Shown: in pieces, positions 1 to 14,437 of the stretch
How the letters are laid out: each line of letters starts with the position of its first letter
How positions within the stretch are numbered: the first letter of the stretch is position 1
Assembly (NCBI RefSeq): GCF_902652985.1
Contig: NC_047019.1
Span: forward strand, 4,588,001 to 4,652,000
DNA: 64,000 nt
Direction of reading: 5' to 3'
From: Pecten maximus
Taxonomy: Eukaryota
Translations under genes and position numbers: made by a program
The notes under the pieces: model-generated
What the model saw: the letters and a program-made list of their open reading frames with translations, nothing else
What the model was told of the DNA's origin: nothing
Databases searched by the model: none

Positions 1-3000
1 CTCCAGCACGCATATCCTTAGGTGTATCAAGTTTCTGTTACCCCGCCGAGAAATCATTGCGGGTTTACCGTTTCTTACGGGCTCACTACTTTGTATGTAT
101 TAGGTTCAGGAAAACTTCATCCCAGAGCTAGTCATCGGATTATCAGCGGTGTATCAAATTCAGGAAAATAAAAAAAATACCAAGTGATTATGATGTTGTA
201 ACGTTGCATTGAAGCGGGATATTTAGTTTCATCAGTCGAACGTATATCTTGTCCCGCGCTGCATCCGAAGCAGCTTCATCGGTCCCAGCATCAGCAGCAA
301 GTGGCGGCTTGCCATTCCCGGCCTCGGGGAGATCGAGTGTTCTCAGGACTAGCTCTCATACCGGTAGCTTTGCAGTGTGTATGAAATACCAGTATAAACA
401 GCTTTATACCAGACACACTAGACTCATATAGAATGGGTTAAAAATTGCGCAGAGAGAAAGTGTTTTATTTCCCGCTAAATTTAATGGAAATCTAATATGG
501 ATGAATGATACTGTGATATCGTACGACAAATTTTGCAAAATATTGTCAACTGTCCCTTATGTATTATTGTGTTTTGATGAAATCCTCTTTGTAAATACAT
601 TATACTAGACTTAATCTATACCAATATAGCTAGTGTACGGTATCGTTCCGTGTGCATTGTATTTTGTTTCTGACCATTAATGATTGGTCCGGCATAATAT
701 CTAGACTCCTTCTGTCGTGAAATTTGTTCGCTTTCCCACACACAACTTGATCAGGCTAATTCGTCCCCAACATGGCCGCATTAAAAAAACATCCTTCCCC
801 GTAAAATGTCGACTTGTAACCGCACGATTAATGAACATCTATAGCTTTTCTCTTTGTCCAGGCTATTAAATTACATTTGCCATATATAGTATACTCCACG
901 TAAGGTATGAGTAGATTTTATCAACATCGTGATGACGTCTATCTAGCTTTATGAATAGAAAAAATGATTAAATAAATAAATAGATAACATACACACTCCA
1001 GTATTCTTAAAAGAAAATATATTTCTGTTTAGAACTCGCACCACTAAATATTTAACTATGTTTTATTACTAGTTACCCAATACCCTCAATTGCTCTTTTG
1101 AAGTTCTAATGAAATGTATATCAAATTAAAGTTTGAAGCTTTCGATACATTTAATGATGTAATTGTATAGGTTTGATGGCAAGTAAGAGAACATGGGTAC
1201 TCGAAAGACAGAAACCCTGACAATTACATTGGACGGGGGAATCCCCACCTGGGAATTCCCGCCTTTTTTGCATCTTTAGTCCTACATTATTGAATTTTCA
1301 GTAGGAGCAGATATTTTTGTTTTGTAAATCTTAAGACATCACTCTTTGTTCTCGTATATAGGAATTACCTATTCCATAGTTTGATTACTCAAGAAAATAA
1401 CTACAAACCTCAAAAACACATTTTCGTTAGGGACTTGATTCAGGCGAAGCAGCTCATTTAGTTGTGCTAGTCCTATATCTACAAATATAAGCCCATCACG
1501 GATAGAACCCGAAAAACACAACCATTTAACTGAGTAACTCCCTCGACACCCAGTTGCAAGAAACTAAGGGGAAAGTGCTAGTAAAGATTTTGTATGATGC
1601 TTTTTTGAAACAAAAATTGTACAAAAGTATCTTTTTATATTCTTGTAGAAATTGTACGCCTAATTTTCTATACAAACAAGAAAATTATATATATATATAT
1701 TTCTAATATTTATACAAACCATAGTAAGAATTCGTAGTTTCTTGAGAAATAGATCACAAAGTGTCGTAGTATGTGAACTAATAGCAGAGTAAAGTCATGT
1801 GTTTTCTGGTGTGCTTCAGAGATCGGCGTAATTGGCGTACATTTCCCCCTCGCGTAAATTTCCATGTTTACAGTATAGATAAAAAAAAAAAAAAAAAAAA
1901 CATTCAAAAGGGAAGAAGATAAGTATAGCTTGAACGGTAAGACATTCAACTATCTGTGTCCATTACTACATTTTATAAGAAAATGTTACACAACGAGTGG
2001 TTGTTAAATATGGTATATCTTTCACTCGAGTTAGTTATTTTTCAAATGTCGCAAAAGCTCTTGTTTTTATAACTTTTGAAAAATAATTAACGAGAGTGAA
2101 AGAAATACCATATACAACAACCACGAGTTTGTGTGACCTGTTTCTACCACAATAGAAAAGCCATTCTGATATCTAGATTGACATGTTTTGTGTCAACATG
2201 TTTTTCCCACAAATCAGTTTGGGTGTAAGGATAGGACCTAAAGTGAAATGTCACTAATCATTATGCAAAACTGTCAATTTCGGTAAATGTGTGGAAATAT
2301 TACAATTTATTACAAATCATAACAAATAAATAGCAAGATTATTATTTTCAAAACATAAATCTGTATATATTTCAAATATGACAACAACAAAATGAAGAAA
2401 AAGCCCCCCAAAAACTGCCAACAACTTCTTGTGCGTTATCATTTCCGGGACCTCGTGAAGCGGCTTCCAAGCGTTAGCCAATCAAAATGCAATGAACCAC
2501 ATGTTAACAATAGTCCCGGTTAAAGGTCACCGTGGCAACCAATCAAATCGTATTTAAAGTTTATTCCATTTGTAGTAAAAACTGAATGCAATTCAAAAGT
2601 TATAATGATTCTTTCATGCCTTGGGAGTTGAATAACATCCGACTATTGGAGTAGAAATGTATGTCTTGGGCCTAGTATAGGATTTCAAAAGATCCTACAC
2701 CAGAAATAAATCTAATCTAATATAATCTCGTATAATCGAGCGTTCGTGCGACCCTGATGACGTCACAACATATTTGCGTTTAATTAGCCGAACAGTGTGA
2801 AATATTTGTGTTCATTTAAAAATCGATAAGAAATAAGCTTAACGAACCAATGAAATTGTGAGATGTACAAGTCCCCAGGGTCAGTGTGAGATGTATAAGT
2901 CCCCAGGGTCAGTGTGAGATGTACGTATAAGGGTCAGTGTGAGATGTACGTATAAGTCCCCACAAAAATTATAAGTGAAAAGCACATCGCATAAAATGAA

Positions 3001-3249
3001 TATTCCATAGAGTGACCATTCATGCATAAGCGGTCTAGTTCTGTATTAGCAGGGACATACTCACAAATATCGCTTGTCCAAGCTGACCATAGTAAAGATA
3101 TTTTGATGCTGAAAATAATTGTATTATTCATAAGAAAAAAGTTCTTATTAGGTACGGAAAAGCGAGAAATTTGAGGAATAAAAGAAACCCCTATATGGTT
3201 CGTTCATCACACCATTATAATATAAAAGTATGTATACAGTGTTTTTGAT

Positions 3250-3518
3250 AGTTCTAGGCCTCGCTTTTACTCACGACTCACTGTGGAGTCGTGACTCATT
3301 TTGGACTCATGGTCCCAGTACTCACTTGGACTCTCAAGACTCATTTTGGACTCAAGATACATTTTGGACTAGCGGCGATGCTGGCTTATAAAGTACTTTG
3401 CGACTACAAAATAAGTTCAAATGACTCGAGTCTTGTGAGTCCAAAAATGAGTCGTGAGTCCAAAATGAGTCTCGTGAGCCAAAGTGAGGCTTGAGAGTCA
3501 AAGTGAGGCTTGGGACCA
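3250..3518. mobile_element. Foldback MITE-like element built from GACTCA/TGAGTC sub-repeats
   Basis: Left half (GCCTCGCTTT...GACTCATTTTGGACTCA) mirrors right half (TGAGTCCAAAATGAGTC...AAAGTGAGGCT); no coding capacity. Confidence 0.55.
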
Positions 3519-5419
3519 TCAAAACATATCTACTCCAAAATTAATGGCTGTGGCTTAAATATATAAAATATCTGTATGGGTTTTGAGTGTTTGCAGTATT
3601 GAATGAGATATTGTTTAAAGTTAATATAATGAGAACCAGGTACATATGTACCAAATGTAAGGGTTAACGAGACAATTCCATAGACGGTGCCATGGAAACC
3701 ATATACATCTTTACGACAGGCAGGTAAACGAGGCTGTTGTCAAGTCGTTACCATGGAAACCAGGTACATTTAAAATTAAGTATATCTCAGAAAGGTAAGA
3801 AAATTATTTTCTTGTAAATTAAATTATTATAGGCACTGAAAATTCGTTCGGTATTAAGAATTTGATTGATGTTCGCGCATGGTATTTTCAAATAAAGTCA
3901 GCATTATAAATTATGTCTTGTACGTGCTTGAGACATTTAACAAGCTTTTAAAAGCTGGTTAAATGTCACTCTTAAAGGACAAAATTGCAACATGAAAATA
4001 TGGTTTCTATTATAAACAATTCACAATGCACAGTTAGCAATGAATTGTGTATCAACCAGAAAATTCTATAGTGATGTATGGTTCGAGGATGAGTGAGTTT
4101 AAACCGAGCGCCAACATCATATCGCCGATATACAATTGCATTCTTGCATTCGGCATTGAACGTAACTGGCAAGAATTGTCGAATCGTGAAACGGCTTTTA
4201 ACCCGTATGAATAGGAAACAGTTGTGATATTCTTTGGTTTATCTGTGTTGTCTTAGTATCACGGGTGTGTTATTTCACCCCTCTGACTCGCGATGGTTAT
4301 GGATCGGCGGAGGAAATGAAGACGTGCTCAGATATTTCCATGTAGCTTATTCTATGTCTATCAAACGGGTCTGTGATAGCGAGTTTTGTCACAATGGCGG
4401 ATCAAGGTTTCGGTCCCGGCCGACATAAGAGACGACGTCCATTGTTCTTCTTAATGCTTTCGTGCAATATTTCAAATATTTGTATATAAGACGGATTCTG
4501 TTGATACATGTATCGAATATTGCGGTTATTTGTCCGTCTGCTAACCTAGCGAATAATCGCCGTCCTGAGCCAATTTGATAGCATGAGCTTCTTAAATTAC
4601 CATCTTTCTATGGTCACATGAACATATCTTGCCCCATTTATCTGCTACAATTACCCCGATCTTCCAAACAAATTGATAGAATTTTAGTCCAATAACATTC
4701 AAGGCAATTCTTCATTTCTATTTATGATAGCTTGACGTCATTTCCGTTTCCGTTGGAAGGATAATATGACAATATAAATTTTCATTGCGCGAATTAATTG
4801 GCATCGTATGAAGCATTACGTAAATGATTGATTATCTAGGCTCTACTTTTTATCGGTAATCAGATTATTGAAGACTGAATCATCCATACAGACATACAAT
4901 TTAAAGTTATATAACATTAAGAAAGAAAAAAAAAAGAAAAAAAAAAAGAAAAAAAAATGTTCCTATTATCCGCTGTCGATCATGACTTAGCTCTTCCATA
5001 TTGATTGCAGAATTCTAGAATAGAGAACTTGTAATAGCAAAGCATTTATAGATTTTTTTTATCTACATGGAAAGAACTGAGCTGCACATGTAATTAAATT
5101 GATATTTATTTGATATGTACTGTGCCCCAAATAATAAATTGTTTCATCAAGAGAGTATACATAGAAGATAATAAGATAACCCCATTAGATATCGAGAAAT
5201 AAATAAGCCATTGACACTCAATCTCTAAGAACTAGATGTCATATTGAGAAATTATCAAAGATTAGAAATAATTTTGAAGCTTTACACATAATAATGGAAG
5301 AATTCTTGACTTGACCAGGAAATAAATCTATAAAATAAATAATCAATATTAAATTGGATCTGTCAAACCGTCCCCTAGATGAACGTCATGTATATATGAT
5401 CCCTGGGGTATGTGTCATG

Positions 5420-8400
5420 TAGAAGTTCCCGGGGTCAGTGTGAGATGTACAAGTCCCCGGGGTAAGGGTGAGATGTACAAGTCTCGCGGTCAGTGCGAGA
5501 TGTACAAGTCACAGGATTGATTGTGAGATGTACAAGTCCCCAGGGTCAGTGTGAGATATGCAAGTCCCCAGGGTCAGTGTGAGATGTATAAGTCCCCGGG
5601 GTCAGTGTGAGATGTACAAGTCCCCAGGGTCAGTGTGAGATGTCCAAATCCCCGGGGTCAGTGTGAGATGTACAAGTCCCCAGGGTCAGTGTGAGATGTA
5701 CAAATCCCCGGGGTCAGAGTGAGATGTACAAGTCCCCAGGGTCAGTGTGAGATGTACAAGTCCCCAGGGTCAGTGTGAGATGTACAAGTCCCCAGGGTCA
5801 GTGTGAGATGTACAAGTCCCCAGGGTCAGTGTGAGATGTATAAGTCCCCGGGGTCAGTGTGAGATATACAAGTCCCCGGGGTCAGTGTGAGAGGTATATG
5901 TAAGTCATCTAGGTAAATGTGAGATGTACCGATCATGGAGTTTTGTGAGATATACAAGTCACATGGTTCTTTGTGAGATGTGTGAGTCATCAAGGTAAGT
6001 GTCAGATGTACAAGTCGCTTGAGTCATTGTGAAATGTACAAGTCCCCGGGGTCATTGTCAGATGGACAGGTCTCCAGGCTCTGTGTAAGATATACAAGTC
6101 ACAGAATTCAAAGTGAGATGCATTAGTCATCAAGGTAACTGTCAGATGTACAAGTCGCTTGAGTCATTGTGAAATGTACAAGTCCCCGGGGTCATTGTCA
6201 GATGGACAGGTCTCCAGGCTCTGTGTAAGATATACAAGTCCGGGGTTAGAGGGTGAAATGTACAAGTTTCCGGAGATCGGTGTGAGATGTAAAAATCCCC
6301 GGGGTCAGTGTGGAATACACAAGTTCCTGGGAAAATAGGAGATAGGCATGTCCCGGAGTCGCTGTGAGATATACAAGTCCCCAGTGTATGCATAGTCCTT
6401 ATTCATACCGCGGACATATTGGATTCAAAACGAGGCTTGGGGTGCTCTGTAGCTACGGACGCCAACAAACTCACTAACTTGTAAGTATCCTGAGTAACTG
6501 TAAGATATACAAGAACCCGGGGTAAGAGTGAGATGTACAAGTCTCGTGATCAGTGTGAGACGTATAAGTCCCCGGGGTCAGTGTGAGATGTACAAGTCCC
6601 CAGGGTTAAGTGTGAGATGTACAAGTCCCCAGGGTCAGTGTGAGATATACAAGTCCCCAGGGTTTAGTGTGAGATGTACAAGTCCCCAGGGTCAGTGTGA
6701 GATGTACAAGTCCCCAGGGTTTAGTGTGAGATATACAAGTCCCCAGGGTTTAGTGTGAGATATACAAGTCCCCAGGGTTTAGTGTGAGATGTAAAAATCC
6801 CCGGGGTCAGTGTGGAACATATGCATGTCCCCGGCGTCGCTGTGGGATGTACAAGTCCCCAGTGTATGCATAGTCCTTATTCATACCGCGGACATATTGG
6901 ATTCAAAACGAGGCTTGGGGTGCTCTGTAGCTACGGACGCCAACAAACTCACTTACTTGTAAGTCTCTTGAGTAACTGTAAGATATACAAGTCCCCGGGG
7001 TATGAGTGAGATGTACAAGTCTCGTGATCAGTGTGAGACGTATAAGTCCCCGGGGTCAGTGTGAGATGTACAAGTCCCCAGGGTTAGTGTGAGATGTACA
7101 AGTCCAGGGGTCAGTGTGAGATGTACAAGTCCAGGGGTCAGTGTGAGATGTACAAGTCCAGGGGTCAGTGTGAGATGTACAAGTCCCCAGGGTCAGTATG
7201 AGATGTACAAGTCCCCAGGGTCAGTGTGAGATGTACAAGTCCCCAGGGTCAGTGTGAGATGTACAAGTCCCCAGGGTCAGTATGAGATGTACAAGTCCCC
7301 AGGGTCAGTGTGAGATGTACAAGTCCAGGGGTCAGTGTGAGATGTACAAGTCCAGGGGTCAGTGTGAGATGTACAAGTACCCAGGGTCAGTATGAGATGT
7401 ACAAGTCCCCAGGGTCAGTGTGAGATGTACAAGTCCCCAGGGTCAGTGTGAGATGTACAAGTCCCCAGGGTCAGTATGAGATGTACAAGTCCCCAGGGTC
7501 ATGGAGATGTCAAATCCAGGGGTAAGTGTGAATTCAAGCCCCGGGTCAGATAATGTACAAGCCCCAGGGGGCAGTGTGAATTACAAGTCCAGGGTGGTGA
7601 GGTACAACCAGGGGGGAGTGTGAGATGTACAATACCCAGGGCAGTATGAGTTACAAGTCCCAGGGTCTTTGAGATTACAAGTCCCCCCGGGGCAGTGTGA
7701 ATGTACAATCCAGGGGCGGGAGATTTTACAAATCCCCCGGGGGCGTGTGGATGTACAAGTCCCAGGGTCAGGTGAGATGTACAAATCGGGGTGTGGAGAT
7801 GTAAAACCCCGGGGGCGTGTTTAGAGTAATCCAGGGGGCAGTGTGAAGTACAAGTTAGGGGGCAGTGTGAGATTACAAGTCCCGGGGTCAGTGTGAGATG
7901 TCCCCCAAAATCCAGGGGGCAGTGTGAGAGTACAAATCCCGGGGTCAGTGTGAGATTACAAATCCCGGGGGCGTGTGAGATTACAACCAGGGGTCAGTGT
8001 GAGACGTACAAGTCCAGGGGTCAGTGTGAGACGAACAAGTCCCCAGGGTCAGTGTGAGATGTACAAGTCCCCAGGGTCAGTGTGAGATGTACAAGTCCCC
8101 AGGGTCAGTGTGAGATGTACAAGTCCCCAGGGTCAGTGTGAGATGTACAAGTCCAGGGGTCAGTGTGAGATGTACAAGTCCAGGGGTCAGTGTGAGATGT
8201 ACAAGTCTCGCGGTCAGTGTGAGATGTACAAGTCCAGGGGTCAGTGTGAGATGTACAAGTCCCCGGGTCAGTGTGAAATGGACGTTTTAGTCCCTTGGTT
8301 AGTGTGAGATGGACGTTTTAGTGCCTGGGTTAGTAAGAGATGGACGTGTTAGTCCCTGGATTAGTGTGAGATGTACAAGTCCCTGGGTTAGTGTGAGATG

Positions 8401-11400
8401 GACGTGTAAGTCCCTGGGTTAGTGTGAGATGGACGTGTAAGTCCCTGGATTAGTGTGAGATGGACGTGTAAGTCTCTGGGTTAGTGTGAGATGGACGTGT
8501 AAGTCCCCGGGTTAGTGTGAGATGGACGTGTAAGTCCCTGGGTTAGTGTGAGATGGACGTGTAAGTCCCTGGGTTAGTGTGAGATGGACGTGTAAATCTC
8601 TGGGTTAGTGTGAGATGGACGTGTAAGTCCCTGGGTTAGTGTGAGATGGACGTGTTAGTCCCTGGGTTAGTGTGAGATGGACGTGTAAGTCCCCGGGTTA
8701 GTGTGAGATGTACAAGTCCCTGGATTAGTGTGAGATGGACGTGTTAGTCCCTGGGTTAGTGTGAGATGGACGTGTAAGTCCCTGGGTTAGTGTGAGATGG
8801 ACGTGTAAGTCCCTGGGTTAGTGTGAGATGGACGTGTTAGTCACTGGGTTAGTGTGAGATGGACGTGTAAGTCCCTTGGTTAGTGTGAGATGGACGTGTA
8901 AGTCCCTGGGTTAGTGTGAGATGGACGTGTAAGTCCCTGGGCCAGTGTGAGATGGACGTGTAAGTCCCGGGTTAGTGTGAGATGGACGTGTAAGTCCCTG
9001 GGTTAGTGTGAGATGGACGTGTAAGTCCCTGGGTTAGTGTGAGATGGACGTGTTAGTCGCTGGGTTAGTGTGAGGGTGGAGGAAACCCGGGGGAGTGTGG
9101 GGACGGTAGTCCCTGGGGTTTGTGTGAGATGGGCGTGTAAGTCCCGGGTTTTGTGTGAGGGACGGTAAGTCCCCGTGTTAGTTGAATGGACTTTTTGTCC
9201 CTGGGTTTGGTAGAGGGGTTTTGTCCCCGGGTTTGTGTGAGATGGAGGGTAATCCCGGATTAGTGTGGGATGGACGTGTAAGTCCCGGGGTTAGGTGAGA
9301 TGGACGTTTAAGTCCCCGGGTTATAAGAGATGGAGGGGTTTTAAACACTGGGTTGTGTGGGTGGGCGTGTTTTAAACAGGGTTAGTGTGAGAGGACGTTT
9401 AAGTCCCGGGGTTAGTGTGAGTGGACGTGTAAACCCGGGTTAGTGTGAGATGGAAGTTTTTAAGTCCCGGGTTAGTTGAGATGGACGTGTAAGTCCCTGG
9501 GTTAGTGTGAGATGGACGTGTAAGTCCCTGGGTTAGTGTGAGATGGACGTGTAAGTCCCTGGGTTAGTGTGAGATGGACGTGTAAGTCCCTGGGTTAGTG
9601 TGAGATGGACGTGTAAGTCCCTGGGTTAGTGTGAGATGGACGTGTAAGTCCCTGGGTTAGTGTGAGATGGACGTGTAAGTTCCAGGGTTAGTGTAAGATA
9701 TACAAGTCCCTTCGTAAATGTGAGTTGTACAGGTCCCTGTGGACAGTGTAAGATATAAAAGCCCCGGGGGTCAGAATGAGATAGACTTGTAAGTCCCCGG
9801 TGTCTTTTTAAGATAACAAGTCCCCAGGGTCGGTATGAGATATACAAGTCCAGGGGTCAGTGTGAGATGTACAAGTCCAGGGGTCAGTGTGAGATGTACA
9901 AGTCCCCAGGGTCAGTGTGAGATGTACAAGTCCAGGGGTCAGTGTGAGATGTACAAGTCCAGGGGCTAGTGTGAGATGTACAAGCCCCAGGAGTCGATTG
10001 TGCCAATCCCTGAGGTTAGTGTGAGGTGCACAAGTCCCCTGGGTCAGTTTGGGAAATACAAGTCCCCGGGGTCATTGTGAGATTACAAGTCCCCGGGGTC
10101 ACTGTGGAATATACAAATCCCCGGGGTCAGTGTAAGATATACAAGTACCTGGGGTCTATGTGAGATGTACAAGTCTCCTGCGTTTGTGTCAGATGTACAA
10201 ATCCTGGGGTCTCTGTGAGATGTACAAGTCTCTCGTGTCTTTGTAAGATGTACTCTAAGTCTCCTGGGTAAGTTTTACGTGTACAAATCTGAGATGTATA
10301 AGTTCTCGGAGTTGGTGTGAAATGTACAAATCCCCAGGATAAGTGTGAAATGTACAAATCCCCAGGATAAGTGTAAAATGTACAAGTCCCCAGGATAAGT
10401 GTGAAATGTACAAATCCCCAGGATAAGTGTACAATGTAGAAATCCCCAGGATAAGTGTAAAATGTACAAATCCCCAGGATAAGTGTAAAATGTACAAATC
10501 CCCAGGATAAGTGTAAAATGTACAAATCCCCAGGATAAGTGTAAAATGTACAAATCCCCAGGATAAGTGTGAAATGTACAAGTCCCCAGGATGAGTGTAA
10601 AATGTACAAATCCCCAGGATAAGTGTAAAATGTACAAATCCCCAGGATAAGTGTAAAATGTACAAATCCCCAGGATAAGTGTGAAATGTACAAGTCCCCA
10701 GGATAAGTGTAAAATGTACAAGTCCCCAGGATAAGTGTAAAATGTACAAATCCCCAGGATAAGTGTAAAATGTACAAATCCCCTGGATAAGTGTAAAATG
10801 TACAAATCCCCAGGATAAGTGTGAAATGTACAAATCCCCAGGATAAGTGTAAAATGTACAAATCCCCAGGATAAGTGTGAAATGTACAAATCCCCTGGAT
10901 AAGTGTGAAATGTACAAATCCCCTGGATAAGTGTGAAATGTACAAGTCCCCAGGATAAGTGTGAAATGTACAAGTCCCCAGGATAAGTGTAAAATGTACA
11001 AATCCCCAGGATAAGTGTAAAATGTACAAATCCCCAGGATAAGTGTGAAATGTACAAATCCCCAGGATAAGTGTAAAATGTACAAATCCCCAGGATAAGT
11101 GTGAAATGTACAAGTCCCCAGGATAAGTGTAAAATGTACAAATCCCCAGGATAAGTGTACAATGTACAAATCCCCAGGATAAGTGTAAAATGTACAAATC
11201 CCCAGGATAAGTGTACAATGTACAAATCCCCAGGATAAGTGTAAAATGTACAAATCCCCAGGATAAGTGTAAAATGTACAAATCCCCAGGATAAGTGTAA
11301 AATGTACAAATCCCCAAGATAAGTGTGAAATGTACAAATCCCCAGGATAAGTGTAAAATGTACAAATCCCCAGGATAAGTGTAAAATGTACAAATCCCCA

Positions 11401-11620
11401 GGATAAGTGTAAAATGTACAAATCCCCAGGATAAGTGTAAAATGTACAAATCCCCAGGATAAGTGTAAAATGTACAAGTCCCCAGGATAAGTGTGAAATG
11501 TACAAGTCCCCTTTGTGTGCGTGAGTTGTTCTTGTAAGTAGCCCGGGTCATTGAGACGTGAACAAGTTCCCAGGGTTAGTGTGAGAAATTTTCGGGTTAG
11601 TGTGAGATGTATAAGTCCTC
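5420..11620. repeat. Compound minisatellite array: 28-bp unit CAGTGTGAGATGTACAAGTCCCCAGGGT, 31-bp unit TAGTGTGAGATGGACGTGTAAGTCCCTGGGT (~8280-9680), 28-bp unit AAGTGTAAAATGTACAAATCCCCAGGAT (~10315-11510)
   Basis: Tandem units read directly. Long ORFs in all three minus frames at 10127-11648 result from a stop-free 28-bp unit. An orphan copy of about 3 units lies at ~2856-2960. Confidence 0.97.
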
Positions 11621-11659
11621 GAGATAGGCGTGGTGTGTTAAGTGTCACCGATAGGTTCT

Positions 11660-11886
11660 GATGATCATTTGAACCATTTTGTCCTTTCGTCTTTTCGCCC
11701 CGAAAAGATGAAAATCAAATATCTCGTTCTTTCGTCTTTTCGCCCCCAAAAGACGAAAATTAACAAAAGCTTAATTTTGGTCTTTTCCGGGCGAAAAGTC
11801 GAAAAGACGAAAATTAAGATTTGTTAATTTTCGTCTTTACGGGGCGAAAACACGAAAGGACGAAATGGCACAAATCAGCCACCGTA
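11660..11886. mobile_element. Foldback/MITE-like non-autonomous DNA element
   Basis: CCATTTTGTCCTTTCGT...TTTTCGCCCC at the left is inverted as GGGGCGAAAA...ACGAAAGGACGAAATGG at the right, with internal GAAAAGACGAAAAT sub-repeats. Confidence 0.55.
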
Positions 11887-12725
11887 CTTATGGTAACGAT
11901 CTTGACATTGGACAAACGCGTCATGAAAACCTTCAGTAAAACATATTGTAGTCACTGACTCTGCCGTAACGCTTCTCTACTGGATTGTGTCATGTAACAA
12001 GAAATCATTTCCGCTGTTCGGGCAGCGCCTCGTCCTCCTGGTATTTCACAATGTTCCTCTATGTACTAAATACCACGATGATGGTTTTACCAGTCTCGAT
12101 GTATCAGTATAGATTGGCATCAAGTTTCCAAGCGTTAACGGCTATTTAACGTGTTCTGATCTCAGGATATTCGGATATGCGTTGGCCTGATCAGTATGGA
12201 ATTACCTTCTTCAATGACCAATTTTAATATAGAACTTCAAGTAGATATATAATTGCGCGTGCGCAGGTACGGAGGGCAGGGTTACTATCTTAATAACGAG
12301 AAGAAATACGCACCGTCTACTGCATAAGTCTGTGATTTTAATCCAATTTGTAATATGATATCCAAGCAAATAAATGTACAATGTACAAATATTGGCTTTT
12401 GATGTAAGTTTTTTTTTACATCGTTATATCCATTTCAGTTATGACACACTGTTTCTATGGCAATTCTATTGTCAAGATAGTTCAGAATGAAATACTTCAC
12501 ACATCGTCTGTCTTGTCAATGTTTAAAGTTTATGAACCGTCATATTCTAATAACAGAATGATGAAAATTGCTGAGTTGGAAAACTACAGGAAAATGAGAG
12601 CGCCACTACATACATTTGTATACTAAAGATTGTTGTATATAAGTCCTTTATTGATATTTACAAGTTATATTGGTGACAGATACAGGTGCATTGTAGTACT
12701 ATTTTAATAAGGAAAATTTAACAAA

Positions 12726-12806
12726 CAATCGGAAAACGACTCGGGCATTTCCGTCAGTTTTCCCCCCGCGAGGAATGACGGAAATACCCGAGTCGTTTTC
12801 CGATTG
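12726..12806. repeat. Inverted repeat / hairpin (~31-bp arms)
   Basis: CAATCGGAAAACGACTCGGGCATTTCCGTCA ... TGACGGAAATACCCGAGTCGTTTTCCGATTG, one mismatch. Confidence 0.85.
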
Positions 12807-14268
12807 GGGTACCAGGTTGTTGGTCATTGCAGCAATGAAATGGTTCCTTTGTCAAATGGCATTGTTTTACATGTATTTGTTGATCAGGAAAGTTAGCTTG
12901 CGGAGATTGTAAATGCGATGCAGCATAAAAAGTACCAGTCACAAACTGAATCACATGTATTTTATACGAAAATACAAAATATGTTGGTCCGAAGGTTTGT
13001 AATAAGAACTGCATTTCGTATCTAAGTACGTACGACAAAGGTATTATTTAAGTTCAAACCTGAATAACTAGATCAAACTTTCACTATGGAGGCCATCTTG
13101 AATATATCTCATTGATACCGATTAGAGACGACAATGCCTCTTCGTTGACAAACGAGCTGACCCGAGCCTTGCAAAAGAACGATATTAACAAAGACACATA
13201 CATACATACATGTATGAAAATGTTACTAACACCATGCATGTTAAGAGTCCATCATCTTAGGTCAGGTTAACTTCCGGCTCGAGTTTTGGCGTCATGGAAT
13301 CTGGTTCATTCAAATCTATTCTTATAACACACATTGATTGTGAGGTTTCATCATGATACATAAGCATGTGTTGTAGTGAGGCTTGCGGTTATTAGGTAAA
13401 GCATCTAGCAGTGTACGTCTAGACTTCGAAGATGTGTAGTTCGGCTCTATCCCTGGTCGGTTTCAGTAAGCTGCGATTACAGACCGCCCTGTGTTTTCAT
13501 GATTGTGTTCTCTTACAAGAAATATTACCCATAATTGCCCTCTGGAGCAGGGCTTTCCATATATCTACGGGTTTTTTCAGAGAGGTAGCCACCAGCTACT
13601 ACAAGGAGACATCGACTCGAAATGAGTTCGGCGATAAAGTAACACAATTAACCAGCAAACATCAAATATTTCTCTATCAAATCAATATCTATTTTCTCTC
13701 TTTACCAAATATATACCACTCAGTTCATCTTACTTCGCGAGTAACCGGCTTCCAATAGATGTATGTTTTGTTTCAGTGAGGTATCCACCAGCTACTATAA
13801 GGATCAAAGTAACCTTGGCGATAAACACAGAAAACCAGCAAACATCAAATATTTCTCTACTAGATTAATATATGTGTTCTCTTTTTATCAAATATCCCAG
13901 TCAGTTCTTCTTACATGTAACTCGTAATGAAATAATCTATTTAGGTTTTGCTTTGAAGGCGCAAAGCTCATTACCATTCGGATCATCCTCGGTTTGGCTC
14001 TACCTAATGAACAAACAAAAAACGAGGAGTTCCGGATGCGTTCATTACGGCATGTTTGAATGCAAAATTTAGGTCACGTAAACGCTTTGCACGTCAGAAA
14101 CGGCACACAGTTTCGAATCAAACATTTTGATGATTATGATTACCTGAAAGCTTTAAGCGGCCGTGATATTCATCGTTCACAAAGGTTGAATTTATATCAA
14201 CAATAAATAAGTTGATAATACCACACCTCATTTCTTAAACTCAATCAATGGGAATACATTGTTTTAGT

Positions 14269-14437
14269 TAGACTGGCCCCAGACCCTAAGTTGTTTTGTT
14301 AAGAATTGCCAAGCTAAATTCTAATACTAGATTATCTGCCCCTAGTTTGAAACTTAGAATCACACATATCCTAGGGATCAAAATCATAAAGCTCAATTTC
14401 ATTTATAATTTTATATTTTAGAGACGGGGCCAGTCTA
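14269..14437. mobile_element. MITE with TIRs and 9-bp TSD (Mutator-like signature)
   Basis: TIR TAGACTGGCCCC...GGGGCCAGTCTA flanked by direct repeat TGTTTTAGT (14260-14268 and 14438-14446). Confidence 0.75.

Noticed and set aside
3972-4700. Moderately GC-rich stretch with short ORFs (also 240-430 and 14461-15143)
   Set aside because: No recognisable domain or consistent exon structure.
7500-10100. Highly degenerate patches within the minisatellite (~7500-8000, 9070-9480, 9960-10100)
   Set aside because: Indel-rich scrambling between clean blocks looks like poor consensus from noisy reads rather than biology.
10127-11648. Three overlapping ORFs of 416-474 aa
   Set aside because: Translation of a stop-free 28-bp tandem unit; the same peptide appears in all three frames and has no domain.
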